DNA from: Fidelibacterota bacterium
GTDB taxonomy: Bacteria > Fidelibacterota > Marinisomatia > Marinisomatales > JABMOV01
Length of the DNA stretch: 64,000 bases
Direction of reading: 5' to 3'
Assembly: GCA_046861395.1 (NCBI GenBank)
Contig: JBHHUC010000001.1
Span: 39,846 to 103,845, forward strand
Of the stretch, positions 55,766 to 64,000 are shown piece after piece. Both the position numbers and the translations under genes were made by a program. The notes beneath the pieces are model-generated. The model saw only the letters and a list, made by a program, of their open reading frames with translations. It was not told where the DNA came from and searched no databases. Within the stretch, counting starts at the first letter, position 1. Each line of letters begins with the position of its first letter.

Positions 55766-56884
55766 ATGTCAGTAGTTTTTATCCTGGGAGGAAGTGGCAA
55801 TACCGGCCGGCGTATCGCAAAATTGTTGCTGGAGTATACCGACGCCAGGATTATCCTGGGTGCTCGGAATGAACTACGCTTGAAGGAAACCGCTGAAGAA
55901 CTCCATGCTCACACACGGGTATCTTGGCACACCGTGGATGCCAGTCGGCCCGGGGAACTAAGTAAGTACCTGGAGCCAGTGGATCTCCTGGTAGTAGCCA
56001 GTCCCCTCAGCGGGAACTTCGGTGAACTGGCGCAGGAGGCCATGAGGGCGGAGTGTGATGTACTGGACACCATCTACTCGTCGCGGAAATTGGCGCAATT
56101 GACAGAACTCGCTGGGGACTTGGAAGCTGCCGGACGGTGTTTCATTACGGATGCGGGTTTTCACCCCGGACTGCCCGCTGCCCTGGTGCGGTATGCCGCG
56201 GGGAAAATGGACACCCTCAGTCGAGCGGATGTCTATAGCGTTATCCGGGATGACTGGGCTCACCGCCAGGTCGCATCATCGACACGGCGCGAATTTGTTG
56301 AAGAACTCCTTTCCATGGATATGACGGTTTTCCAGGATGGTACCTGGCGAAAGGCAGGAATGACATCCACGCGATACTACCGCAAGGAGTTCTTTGCATC
56401 CGTCCCTGGGACATTCTTATGCGCTCCTATGATGTTCGAGGAAATGAGAACGCTGCCCCATGACATCCCGGGGCTGGCAGACACCGGCTTTTACATTGCC
56501 GGATTCCACTGGTACGTGGATTATGTGGTGATGCCCCTGGTGTTACTCGGATTGAAAACCCTGCCTTCATCTTGCCATCCTTTTCTGGCTTCCTGGTTTT
56601 TCCGCAGCCTGTGCCGGGTTAGTAAACCACCCTTTTGCACTGCGCTGAAGCTGGTGGCTGAAGGTTTCAAAAATGGAGCACCATACCGTTTTTCTCTGGA
56701 GCTATCCCATGAAGATGGTTACTGGTTTACCGCGACTCCAGTCACGTCATGTATCAAACAATACCTGGACGGATCGCTAAAAAAACCCGGATTGAATTTC
56801 ATGGGCCGGGTCGTTGATCCGGATCGCACATTAAGGGACCTTGGTTCCTGGGGAATCTCCAGCCAAGAAAACGATTTAACCTAA
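55766..56884 (+). CDS. Saccharopine-dehydrogenase-like NAD(P)-binding protein
   Basis: I trimmed the start to ATG 55766 (MSVVFILGGSGNTGRRIAKLLL, a Rossmann GxxGxxG), 1 nt after the upstream TAA. The 55694 start of the ORF track overlaps the previous gene. Confidence 0.65.
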   Translation: MSVVFILGGSGNTGRRIAKLLLEYTDARIILGARNELRLKETAEELHAHTRVSWHTVDASRPGELSKYLEPVDLLVVASPLSGNFGELAQEAMRAECDVLDTIYSSRKLAQLTELAGDLEAAGRCFITDAGFHPGLPAALVRYAAGKMDTLSRADVYSVIRDDWAHRQVASSTRREFVEELLSMDMTVFQDGTWRKAGMTSTRYYRKEFFASVPGTFLCAPMMFEEMRTLPHDIPGLADTGFYIAGFHWYVDYVVMPLVLLGLKTLPSSCHPFLASWFFRSLCRVSKPPFCTALKLVAEGFKNGAPYRFSLELSHEDGYWFTATPVTSCIKQYLDGSLKKPGLNFMGRVVDPDRTLRDLGSWGISSQENDLT

Positions 56885-56895
56885 AAGGATTTCTC

Positions 56896-59655
56896 ATGCG
56901 TCAGAAACTGCTTGTTGGATTGTCACATTTCATTACCCGTTATCCCGGACGGATGCTGGGTATCTTGCTCTTAATAACTGCCGTTTTCATGGTGATGATG
57001 ACCCAGTTGGAATTTTCCACCTCCATGACGAACCTCATGCCCCAGGACGATCCCAAGGTTGTGGAATTCGACCGGATCATGGAGGAATACAACGGCGCCG
57101 CGTCGCTACTGATCGTAGCCGAGGGTGACCCGGAGCACCTGCTGACCTTCGCCGATGAAGTTTCACCGCGGATTGAAGCCATCAAGGACTATGTGAAAAA
57201 AGTGGATTATAAGCAGCCACGGGAACTCATCGAAAACCACGCCCTGATGCTGATGAAATCACAGGATCTGGAAAACATTGGTGATGTGTTCACGGACCCC
57301 AACCTCACTCGTTTTTTAGCAAACCTAAATGACAGTTTTGAAAAAGAATATATCCAGAGTGACGAAAAAATTTCCGGCCAGGAACAGGAACAGAGTGTTA
57401 TTCGCTTCATGGACGGGATTCAGACGTTCGTAACCACAACAACAGACTTCCTTCAGGATCAGGGCACTGGGGCAGGGGCCGAAACCGCTGCCGACCGCGC
57501 CGTGGATGCCGTCCTGCTGGGAGACCTGTATTACCGCAGCTGGGACCGGGAAATGCTCATCATGCAAATTATACCTGACTTCAACTGGATGGACGTGGAA
57601 AAAAGCGTTTTTATTACCGACACCGTGGAAACCATCATCAAGGATGTCGCGGCGCAGGAAGGTATCTCGGCTGGACTGACGGGGGTCATACCCCTTTCAC
57701 GCGATGAAATGCGAGCCATGGAAAACGATTCCTTTGTCATCACCACCGTGGCCGTCATTGCCATTTTCATCCTGTTTATGATTGCCTTCCGGATGTTTAC
57801 CAGCCCCTTCTTGGCCATTCTCACATTGATTCTGGGTGTCATCTGGGCCATGGGCCTGGCCTGGGTCATCGTAGGCTCCTTGAATATTATGACTTCCATG
57901 ATGTCGGTTATCCTGGTGGGACTCGGTATCGATTTTTCCGTGCACTTGATTGCTGGCTATTCCGAACGGAGGGCGGCAGGAGAGAGCATAGAGTCCTCCC
58001 TCACTGACACCCTGACCAAGAGCGGAATGGGTATCATTACCGGCGGTTTCACTACAGCAGCTGCCTTCTTTACCATGGTGATTTCCCGAACGGAAGGCAT
58101 GCGGGAATTCGGACTGGTGCTGGGCGAAGGCATTGTAATCATCATGGTGGCAACGTTGCTCATTCTCCCCACACTCCTGGTCTTGAAGGATCGCTTATGG
58201 GGTAAGCTCCGTAAAGTACCTTCCCGGCAGCGCGATATTTCCTACCGTTTTCTGGGAGCCAGCGCCACCGCTTTGGCCAAGAATAAATATATTGGCTTGG
58301 CGGCGCTGATTGTTGTCACCCTGTTTCTGGGTTACCGCGGTTTCCATCTCACCATGGATTACAATTACCTTAACATGGAGCCGGCGGGCTTGGAGAGCGT
58401 GTTTTTACAGGATCGCATCATCGACAAGATGGATATTTCCGCCGATTATTGCTATATCACGGTGAAGGATCTCAATGAGGCGGAAGCGGTTACCGAAAAA
58501 GCGAAGGCTATGTCCACTTCCGGAATGGTCCAGTCGATTGTGGATTTCCTGCCGCCCCCGGAAGAACAACAGCGCCGGACCGAGAAGATTCACGCTTTGA
58601 GGACAAAGCTTGATGGAGTGGATTTGAAAACGGCCCTGACTCCGGCAGACAGGGAGTTGCTGCTGGCTGAAATTGAACGACTGGAGATGAATGTCATGGA
58701 AATTCAGGACATGGCTGTCATTGGGGGTCAGGATAAAATTTACCTGAAAACGGGTCTGCTGGTCGGCGTGGTTCCCGAGGAAGAAGATGCCTCTATCATG
58801 GCGCTTCAAGAAGAACTGGTCACCAAACAACCGTCCCTGGAGCGAGGCCTGCTCACTGAATTGCGTGAAACCGTGGCGGGACTTTCGACCCCCGGCTGGC
58901 AGAAGATGGATTCCTTTCAACAGGCGTTTGCCGCCGAGTTTAAGGCTGTCGCCCGGCGCATGACCAACACAGAACCCATCACCATAGCCACCCTTCCTCC
59001 TTCCATCCGAGCCCAGTTTGTAGGGAAGTCCGGCGACAGTTTCCTGGTAACTGTATTTCCCAAGGATAATGTCTGGGATATTGATTTCTTGGAACGATTC
59101 ACCCGGGAACTTGAAGACGTCAGCCCGCGGGTGACGGGAATTCCACCGGTGTTCAAAAGACTCATGGAATATTTTGCAGCCGACGGGAAGCAGGCCACCT
59201 ATCTGGCTTTAGTGGTGATCTTTATCATCCTGGTGCTGGATTTTCACAGCTGGCGTAAGTCGGCCCTGGCCATGGCACCCCTTATCATCGGCGTTTTCTG
59301 GATGATCGGATTGATGCAGCTGACCGGCTTGCAATTAACGATGGTGAATATCATGGCCATACCCCTGATCATTGGTATCGGGATCGATGATGGCGTCCAT
59401 GTCATGCACCGCTACAATATCGAAGGCCGGGATAAGCATTTTATTGTGTTCTCTACAACTGGCCGGGCCATCCTGTTGACATCCTTGACTACGATGCTGG
59501 GTTTTGGCTCCCTGATCTTTGCCACCTACCGTGGGCTGGGGTCCATGGGTAGTGCACTTTTCATCGGTGTGGGCACCTGTTTTCTGGCAACGGTTCTGGT
59601 TATACCGGCCCTCATGGGAGTATATCATGCCTGGCATACGAAAAAGTCTACCTGA
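56896..59655 (+). CDS. MMPL/RND-superfamily exporter (HpnN-like architecture)
   Basis: 919 aa with two 6-TM bundles (about aa 270-420 and 770-910), each preceded by a large soluble loop. This is the typical COG1033/MMPL layout. Confidence 0.8.
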   Translation: MRQKLLVGLSHFITRYPGRMLGILLLITAVFMVMMTQLEFSTSMTNLMPQDDPKVVEFDRIMEEYNGAASLLIVAEGDPEHLLTFADEVSPRIEAIKDYVKKVDYKQPRELIENHALMLMKSQDLENIGDVFTDPNLTRFLANLNDSFEKEYIQSDEKISGQEQEQSVIRFMDGIQTFVTTTTDFLQDQGTGAGAETAADRAVDAVLLGDLYYRSWDREMLIMQIIPDFNWMDVEKSVFITDTVETIIKDVAAQEGISAGLTGVIPLSRDEMRAMENDSFVITTVAVIAIFILFMIAFRMFTSPFLAILTLILGVIWAMGLAWVIVGSLNIMTSMMSVILVGLGIDFSVHLIAGYSERRAAGESIESSLTDTLTKSGMGIITGGFTTAAAFFTMVISRTEGMREFGLVLGEGIVIIMVATLLILPTLLVLKDRLWGKLRKVPSRQRDISYRFLGASATALAKNKYIGLAALIVVTLFLGYRGFHLTMDYNYLNMEPAGLESVFLQDRIIDKMDISADYCYITVKDLNEAEAVTEKAKAMSTSGMVQSIVDFLPPPEEQQRRTEKIHALRTKLDGVDLKTALTPADRELLLAEIERLEMNVMEIQDMAVIGGQDKIYLKTGLLVGVVPEEEDASIMALQEELVTKQPSLERGLLTELRETVAGLSTPGWQKMDSFQQAFAAEFKAVARRMTNTEPITIATLPPSIRAQFVGKSGDSFLVTVFPKDNVWDIDFLERFTRELEDVSPRVTGIPPVFKRLMEYFAADGKQATYLALVVIFIILVLDFHSWRKSALAMAPLIIGVFWMIGLMQLTGLQLTMVNIMAIPLIIGIGIDDGVHVMHRYNIEGRDKHFIVFSTTGRAILLTSLTTMLGFGSLIFATYRGLGSMGSALFIGVGTCFLATVLVIPALMGVYHAWHTKKST

Positions 59656-59764
59656 GGAAAATATACCGAATAACACCGGAAAGACGGTTTGGATCAGCTG
59701 TGTCAGGGGGAATAAAGTGAGAACTTTGCTTTGCTTCCGGCGATAAGCCGGCCCAATTTTGTTT

Positions 59765-60166
59765 ATGTTTCAACGGTTATTATTTCTGTTTATTGCCATC
59801 CCGCTCATGGAAATCCTGATTCTTATCCGCCTGGGCGAACTCATGGGGTTCTGGGCGACGGTCATTCTGGTTATAGGTACTGGTATCATCGGGGCGGGAT
59901 TAGCCCGGCTCTACGGCTGGACCCTGTGGGTAGAAATCCAGCATGAATTACAAATGGGTCGGATGCCCACCGATAAAATGATGGACGGATTGTTGATCCT
60001 CATTGGCGGCATTGTTCTGCTTACACCCGGGCTCCTGACCGATATCGCCGGCTTTTTATTGCTTATTCCGATCACCCGAAAAATGGCCAAACGTTGGTTG
60101 CAAAAAATCTTTGCCAACCAAATTGCCGTATATCCAGAGGATGAAAACGAAATATTTCGCGGATAA
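59765..60166 (+). CDS. fxsA: FxsA-family inner-membrane protein
   Basis: The motifs IPLMEILILIRLGELMG....VILVIGTGIIGAGLAR and LLTPGLLTDIAGFLLLIP are characteristic of FxsA/UPF0716. The ATG at 59765 is preferred to the TTG at 59759. Confidence 0.8.
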   Translation: MFQRLLFLFIAIPLMEILILIRLGELMGFWATVILVIGTGIIGAGLARLYGWTLWVEIQHELQMGRMPTDKMMDGLLILIGGIVLLTPGLLTDIAGFLLLIPITRKMAKRWLQKIFANQIAVYPEDENEIFRG

Positions 60167-60240
60167 ATACCGAATTCCCACACCGCATTTCCTTGAAAAT
60201 AATTCCTGTGATTTTACCGGAATTTTGATAGATTCCATCC

Positions 60241-61542
60241 ATGATTTCTTCCGACGATAAAAGCGCTGTTATCCAAACTTTTTCCCGGCACGTCTCCAGC
60301 GGAAAAGCAGCCTTCTTCAAAAAATACGGAATGGATTTTGTCATGGGAAACCGGGACGGCAATTGGCTAGTGGACAAGGACGGGAATAAACGTCTATTTA
60401 ATCTTCACTGTAATGGTGGTGTATTTAACCTCGGCCACCGCAATCCTCAAATTATTGCCACCTTGAAAGCGGCTTTGGAAGAGCTGGATATCGGCAACCA
60501 TCATCTTATGAGCGAAGAAAGGGCTCGGCTGGCCAGGCAATTAAGCGATCTCATGCCCGGGGATTTATCCTGCACCGTATTTGGTGTTAGCGGCGGAGAA
60601 GCCGTTGATCTGGCTCTGAAGGTGGCTCGCTCACACACCCGCCGCACCAGAATAATTTCCGCCCGGGGCGGCTATCACGGCCACACCGGCCTTGCTCTGG
60701 CCGCCGGTGACGAAAAATATCGTCGGCCGTTCGGTCCCATGGCACCGGGCTTTCTGCAGGTTCCCTTCGGTGATGCGGAAGCCCTGAACGATGCCCTGGA
60801 TGACAATACGGCCGCCGTGATCCTGGAAACCATTCCAGCGACCCTGGGGATGGTTATACCCACCAAGGAGTATATGCAGGAGGTGCGTCGTCTCTGCGAT
60901 CACTGGGGCGCCCTGCTCATTTTGGATGAAGTCCAGAGCGGCCTGGGTCGGACGGGAAAACTATGGGCCTTCGAACATTATGATATTATTCCGGATATTG
61001 TTGTGCTGGGAAAAGGGCTGTCCGGCGGTCTTTATCCCATCACTGCCACCGTATTACGCCAGCCGCTGGAACAGGTTTTTCATGACGATCCATTCATTCA
61101 TATTTCCACCTTCGGGGGTGCCGAAATCGGATGTCGTGTGGCCCGTAAAGTCCTGGATATCACCGCTGATCCGGACTTTTTATCGGAAGTAAACGATATG
61201 GCAGACCGGACAGGGAAGCATCTGGAATTATTGATCACAAAACATCGTCCTTTTTTCAGCGGTGTGCGGCAACTGGGGCTCATGATGGGTCTGGAATTAC
61301 AGGATGAAATTGCCGGGCCGGTTCTCACCAAAGCCGCCTATGACAAGGACCTTCTCATGGTGTACGCCAATAATGATCAGTCCGTGTGTCAATTTCTACC
61401 ACCGCTAACCATGAAGAAGGAAGATCTGCCTTTCATAATTGATCGACTAGAGAATGCCTTGACCCAGGCCCGCCGGTTACGGAAACTCTATCAAGCCAAG
61501 ACAATGGTAACGTCTCTGTTCCGTAAAAAAAAGAATACATGA
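60241..61542 (+). CDS. Class-III (omega/ornithine-type) PLP aminotransferase
   Basis: 433 aa with SGGEAVDLALKVAR, ILDEVQSGLGRTGKLWAFEHY and the PLP-lysine context VVLGKGLSGG. Confidence 0.85.
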   Translation: MISSDDKSAVIQTFSRHVSSGKAAFFKKYGMDFVMGNRDGNWLVDKDGNKRLFNLHCNGGVFNLGHRNPQIIATLKAALEELDIGNHHLMSEERARLARQLSDLMPGDLSCTVFGVSGGEAVDLALKVARSHTRRTRIISARGGYHGHTGLALAAGDEKYRRPFGPMAPGFLQVPFGDAEALNDALDDNTAAVILETIPATLGMVIPTKEYMQEVRRLCDHWGALLILDEVQSGLGRTGKLWAFEHYDIIPDIVVLGKGLSGGLYPITATVLRQPLEQVFHDDPFIHISTFGGAEIGCRVARKVLDITADPDFLSEVNDMADRTGKHLELLITKHRPFFSGVRQLGLMMGLELQDEIAGPVLTKAAYDKDLLMVYANNDQSVCQFLPPLTMKKEDLPFIIDRLENALTQARRLRKLYQAKTMVTSLFRKKKNT

Positions 61543-62459
61543 TGAATCCCGACTTTTCCTTTTTAACATCCTTTGAAGAAGGCCTGGTTCCTTGGGCCTT
61601 GGACAGCTCGGCTGCACCGGTATCAGTATTGGGATATGGTGAAATATCCACGGTTTTTCGTTTGACACAGGATGAGAATTGGGCCTTTAAGCGAATGCCG
61701 CTATTTGATACCAGGGCCGCCGCCGAAATATACTTGGAACATTATACGGCCTATTGTTCATATCTAACGGAGGCCGGATTAAATCTCCCTGAAAGTCATG
61801 GCCATATAGTGGATCTTCCGGGCCGACCCATTGTACTGTATCTGGTCCAAAGAAGCCTGCCATCGGACCGGTTTTGTCACACCCTTATCAAGACGGCTGC
61901 GGCCGATGAAAACCGGGAAATGATTGCCGCAATCGTATCGGCATTGGAAGGGGTGTGGACTTTTAATGATAAGCTTCAACCAGACCTAGAAATCGCCATC
62001 GACGGTCAACTGTCGAATTGGGCTTGGTTGCCACAGGAGAATGGTGTGAAAAAATTACTCTATATTGACACATCAACACCGTTATACCGGAAAAATGGCA
62101 AGGAACAACTGGACCCGGAACTGTTCCTGAAAAGCGCCCCGTCCTTTTTGCGCTGGCTGATTCGATGGCAGTTCCTGGATGAGGTCATGGAGCGCTACTA
62201 TCTGCGACGGGAAGTTTACACGGACCTGGCGGCGAACTGTTTCAAGGAACAGGCGGAGGAATGGATTCAGCCCATCGTGGAAATGGCAAATCAACATCTT
62301 GATTCGCCCCTGACATTTGCTGATATTGACAAATATTATAAAAATGACAAAGTAATTTGGGCCCTATTTCTAGCCCTGCGGAAAATGGATCGCTGGTTAC
62401 AGCGTCGGATCTTCCGCCATCGATATGAATATATTCTTCCGGAAATCGAACACCGCTGA
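61539..62459 (+). CDS. Uncharacterised protein with protein-kinase-like fold motifs
   Basis: 306 aa with a Gly-rich loop LGYGEISTVF, Lys in AFKRMP, a D-x4-N-like AIDGQLSNW and a downstream YIDTSTP. It overlaps both flanking genes (ATGA at 61539; 1-nt stop/start overlap, cTGATG, at 62459). Confidence 0.45.
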   Translation: MMNPDFSFLTSFEEGLVPWALDSSAAPVSVLGYGEISTVFRLTQDENWAFKRMPLFDTRAAAEIYLEHYTAYCSYLTEAGLNLPESHGHIVDLPGRPIVLYLVQRSLPSDRFCHTLIKTAAADENREMIAAIVSALEGVWTFNDKLQPDLEIAIDGQLSNWAWLPQENGVKKLLYIDTSTPLYRKNGKEQLDPELFLKSAPSFLRWLIRWQFLDEVMERYYLRREVYTDLAANCFKEQAEEWIQPIVEMANQHLDSPLTFADIDKYYKNDKVIWALFLALRKMDRWLQRRIFRHRYEYILPEIEHR

Positions 62460-63763
62460 TGTGTGATACTTTCGTAGCCCTGCCTCCGCAGACTGCGGAT
62501 GGATCCACCATCCTGGGCAAAAACAGTGACCGGGAACCGAATGAAGCGCAACTTCTGACCTGGATTCCTCCCCGGACATATTCGGCAGATGAAACGGTTA
62601 CCTGTACCTATTTAACGATACCTCAGGTTAAGGAGACGCGCGGTATTTTGTTGAGTCGTCCATTTTGGCTGTGGGGCGCGGAAATGGGGACCAATGATGC
62701 CGGGGTCGCTATCGGAAATGAAGCCGTATTTACCCGGGAACCACAAGCCAAGAAAAAAAAGCTGCTGGGCATGGATATGCTCCGGTTGGCACTGGAACGA
62801 TCGGGAACCGCGGAACAGGCGCTGGAAACCATCATTGCTCTCCTTCACGATTATGGTCAGGGCGGACCCTGTGGTTTCGAAGACACGTTGTATTATCACA
62901 ACAGTTTTCTCATTGCCGACCCCGAAACCGCCTGGGTACTCGAAACCGCCGGTGAATTCTGGGCGGCAAAACAGGTGAAAGAGTCATATGCTATTAGCAA
63001 CGGTTTGACCATCGGAACAAACTTCGATCGTTCCCATCCGGACTTAATCAGCCACGCCCGGAAGAAAGGCTGGTTGAAAAAGGGTCAGACCTTTGATTTC
63101 GCCGGTTGTTATTCCGATTGGTTCTACACGACATTTTCCGGTAGTCGTCGACGACGATCCTGCTCTTTGAGCCATCTGCAGAAGCCATTGTCCGTCGGCG
63201 CGGCCATGATCGCCTTACAGGACCACAATGATGATCAGTATTCTCCATCAAGGCATTTATTTATGCATAAAGTGTGTGCTCACGCCGCCTATCCAATCAC
63301 GCGTCATGCCGTCCAGAGTACCGGATCGATGGTGGCTCATCTGTCGCAGGATCCCGTGGTTTGGGTAACGGGCACGTCGGCTCCCTGCACATCACTATAT
63401 AAACCCATCTGGCCTTTAGATCCTTATTCTCCAGATTCGGCAGACAAAGGTGAAGGAACCTATTCCGCAACGTCTCTTTGGTGGCAGCATGAACGCCTGC
63501 ACCGGGCGATATTAGAAGATTATATTCCCCGCCTGAATCGTATAAAGGCGGAACGTGATCAATGGCAGGAAACCTGGATCCGGGAAGCCAGAAGTCTGCC
63601 TTCTCATCAAAGGCGATTCTTCACCCAACAGACATTTACCACGGCTACCGAACAGGAATCGGAATGGCTGGATAAAATTCGGCAGACACCGCCGCAAAAT
63701 AAACCAAACCGGTTCTATCGATCATACTGGAAAAAACAAAACGAAAAGGCCAATCTGCCATAA
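62459..63763 (+). CDS. Ntn-hydrolase, C69-dipeptidase-like (N-terminal Cys nucleophile)
   Basis: 434 aa beginning MCDTFVALPPQTADGSTILGKNSDREPNEAQ. The Met-Cys start followed by G.NSDR/E resembles C69/U34-type Ntn hydrolases. Confidence 0.6.
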   Translation: MCDTFVALPPQTADGSTILGKNSDREPNEAQLLTWIPPRTYSADETVTCTYLTIPQVKETRGILLSRPFWLWGAEMGTNDAGVAIGNEAVFTREPQAKKKKLLGMDMLRLALERSGTAEQALETIIALLHDYGQGGPCGFEDTLYYHNSFLIADPETAWVLETAGEFWAAKQVKESYAISNGLTIGTNFDRSHPDLISHARKKGWLKKGQTFDFAGCYSDWFYTTFSGSRRRRSCSLSHLQKPLSVGAAMIALQDHNDDQYSPSRHLFMHKVCAHAAYPITRHAVQSTGSMVAHLSQDPVVWVTGTSAPCTSLYKPIWPLDPYSPDSADKGEGTYSATSLWWQHERLHRAILEDYIPRLNRIKAERDQWQETWIREARSLPSHQRRFFTQQTFTTATEQESEWLDKIRQTPPQNKPNRFYRSYWKKQNEKANLP

Positions 63764-63782
63764 AGTTGAGGGACAATACATC

Positions 63783-64000
63783 ATGGAAGATATACACGTA
63801 AACATTGAAAAAACCTGGGAACGCCAACAGCTGCTTAAAGCCGAAGTCAATCGTTCCACCCCACAACAACGGATTGAAAAACTGCGTCGGTTACACCAGT
63901 GGATTCTAGATAACCGGCAGCGTATTCACGAAGCAGTTACGGCCGATTATTTTAAACCGCCGGAAGAGATCGATTTAACGGAAATTTGGGTCAATACCAC
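63783..64000 (+). CDS. Aldehyde dehydrogenase family protein, N-terminal fragment (runs off the right edge)
   Basis: Manual translation gives MEDIHVNIEKTWERQQLLKAEVNRSTPQQRIEKLRRLHQWILDNRQRIHEAVTADYFKPPEEIDLTEIW. This matches the ALDH3-type N-terminal pattern (R...L..L...i..n...i..A...D..Kp..E....Ei). Confidence 0.55.
   Translation, partial: MEDIHVNIEKTWERQQLLKAEVNRSTPQQRIEKLRRLHQWILDNRQRIHEAVTADYFKPPEEIDLTEIWVNT

Overview
This is a gene-dense (about 93% coding) chromosomal window covering the replication-origin neighbourhood of a Gram-negative bacterium. T9SS-type C-terminal sorting domains, a PorV-like gene and carboxypeptidase-regulatory-domain TonB receptors suggest an FCB-superphylum-like lineage; that placement is inference only. 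Positions 1-18744 are one uninterrupted minus-strand block: yggS', gyrA, gyrB, DUF721, recF, dnaN, arfB, then surA-like, a PPIase-like lipoprotein, mfd, mnmG, mnmE, yidC, yidD and a hand-found rpmH. dnaA diverges from rpmH at 18900. It is followed by a 2151-aa T9SS cargo protein with a triplicated module, then ssb and housekeeping or scavenging genes (plsC-like, EamA, MltB-like, M28/M20 peptidases, PEBP, arsC-like, murB). The right half holds envelope gene clusters: a TonB receptor with a Met/His-rich lipoprotein, a Cys/His-rich small protein and a histidine kinase; a TonB receptor with a 1037-aa CTD protein and PorV-like protein; a TetR, LolA-like, beta-barrel, saccharopine-dehydrogenase-like and MMPL operon; and an aminotransferase, kinase-like, Ntn-hydrolase and ALDH operon. 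I found no CRISPR array, tRNA or rRNA gene, transposase or integrase, or recognisable defence system. The most notable points are a one-orientation DnaA-box array 10.6 kb from dnaA, the absence of rnpA from its canonical slot, and the putative MMPL-based trans-envelope export locus. None of these is demonstrably a novel system from sequence alone. All family calls rest on motif recognition by eye, with no searches run.
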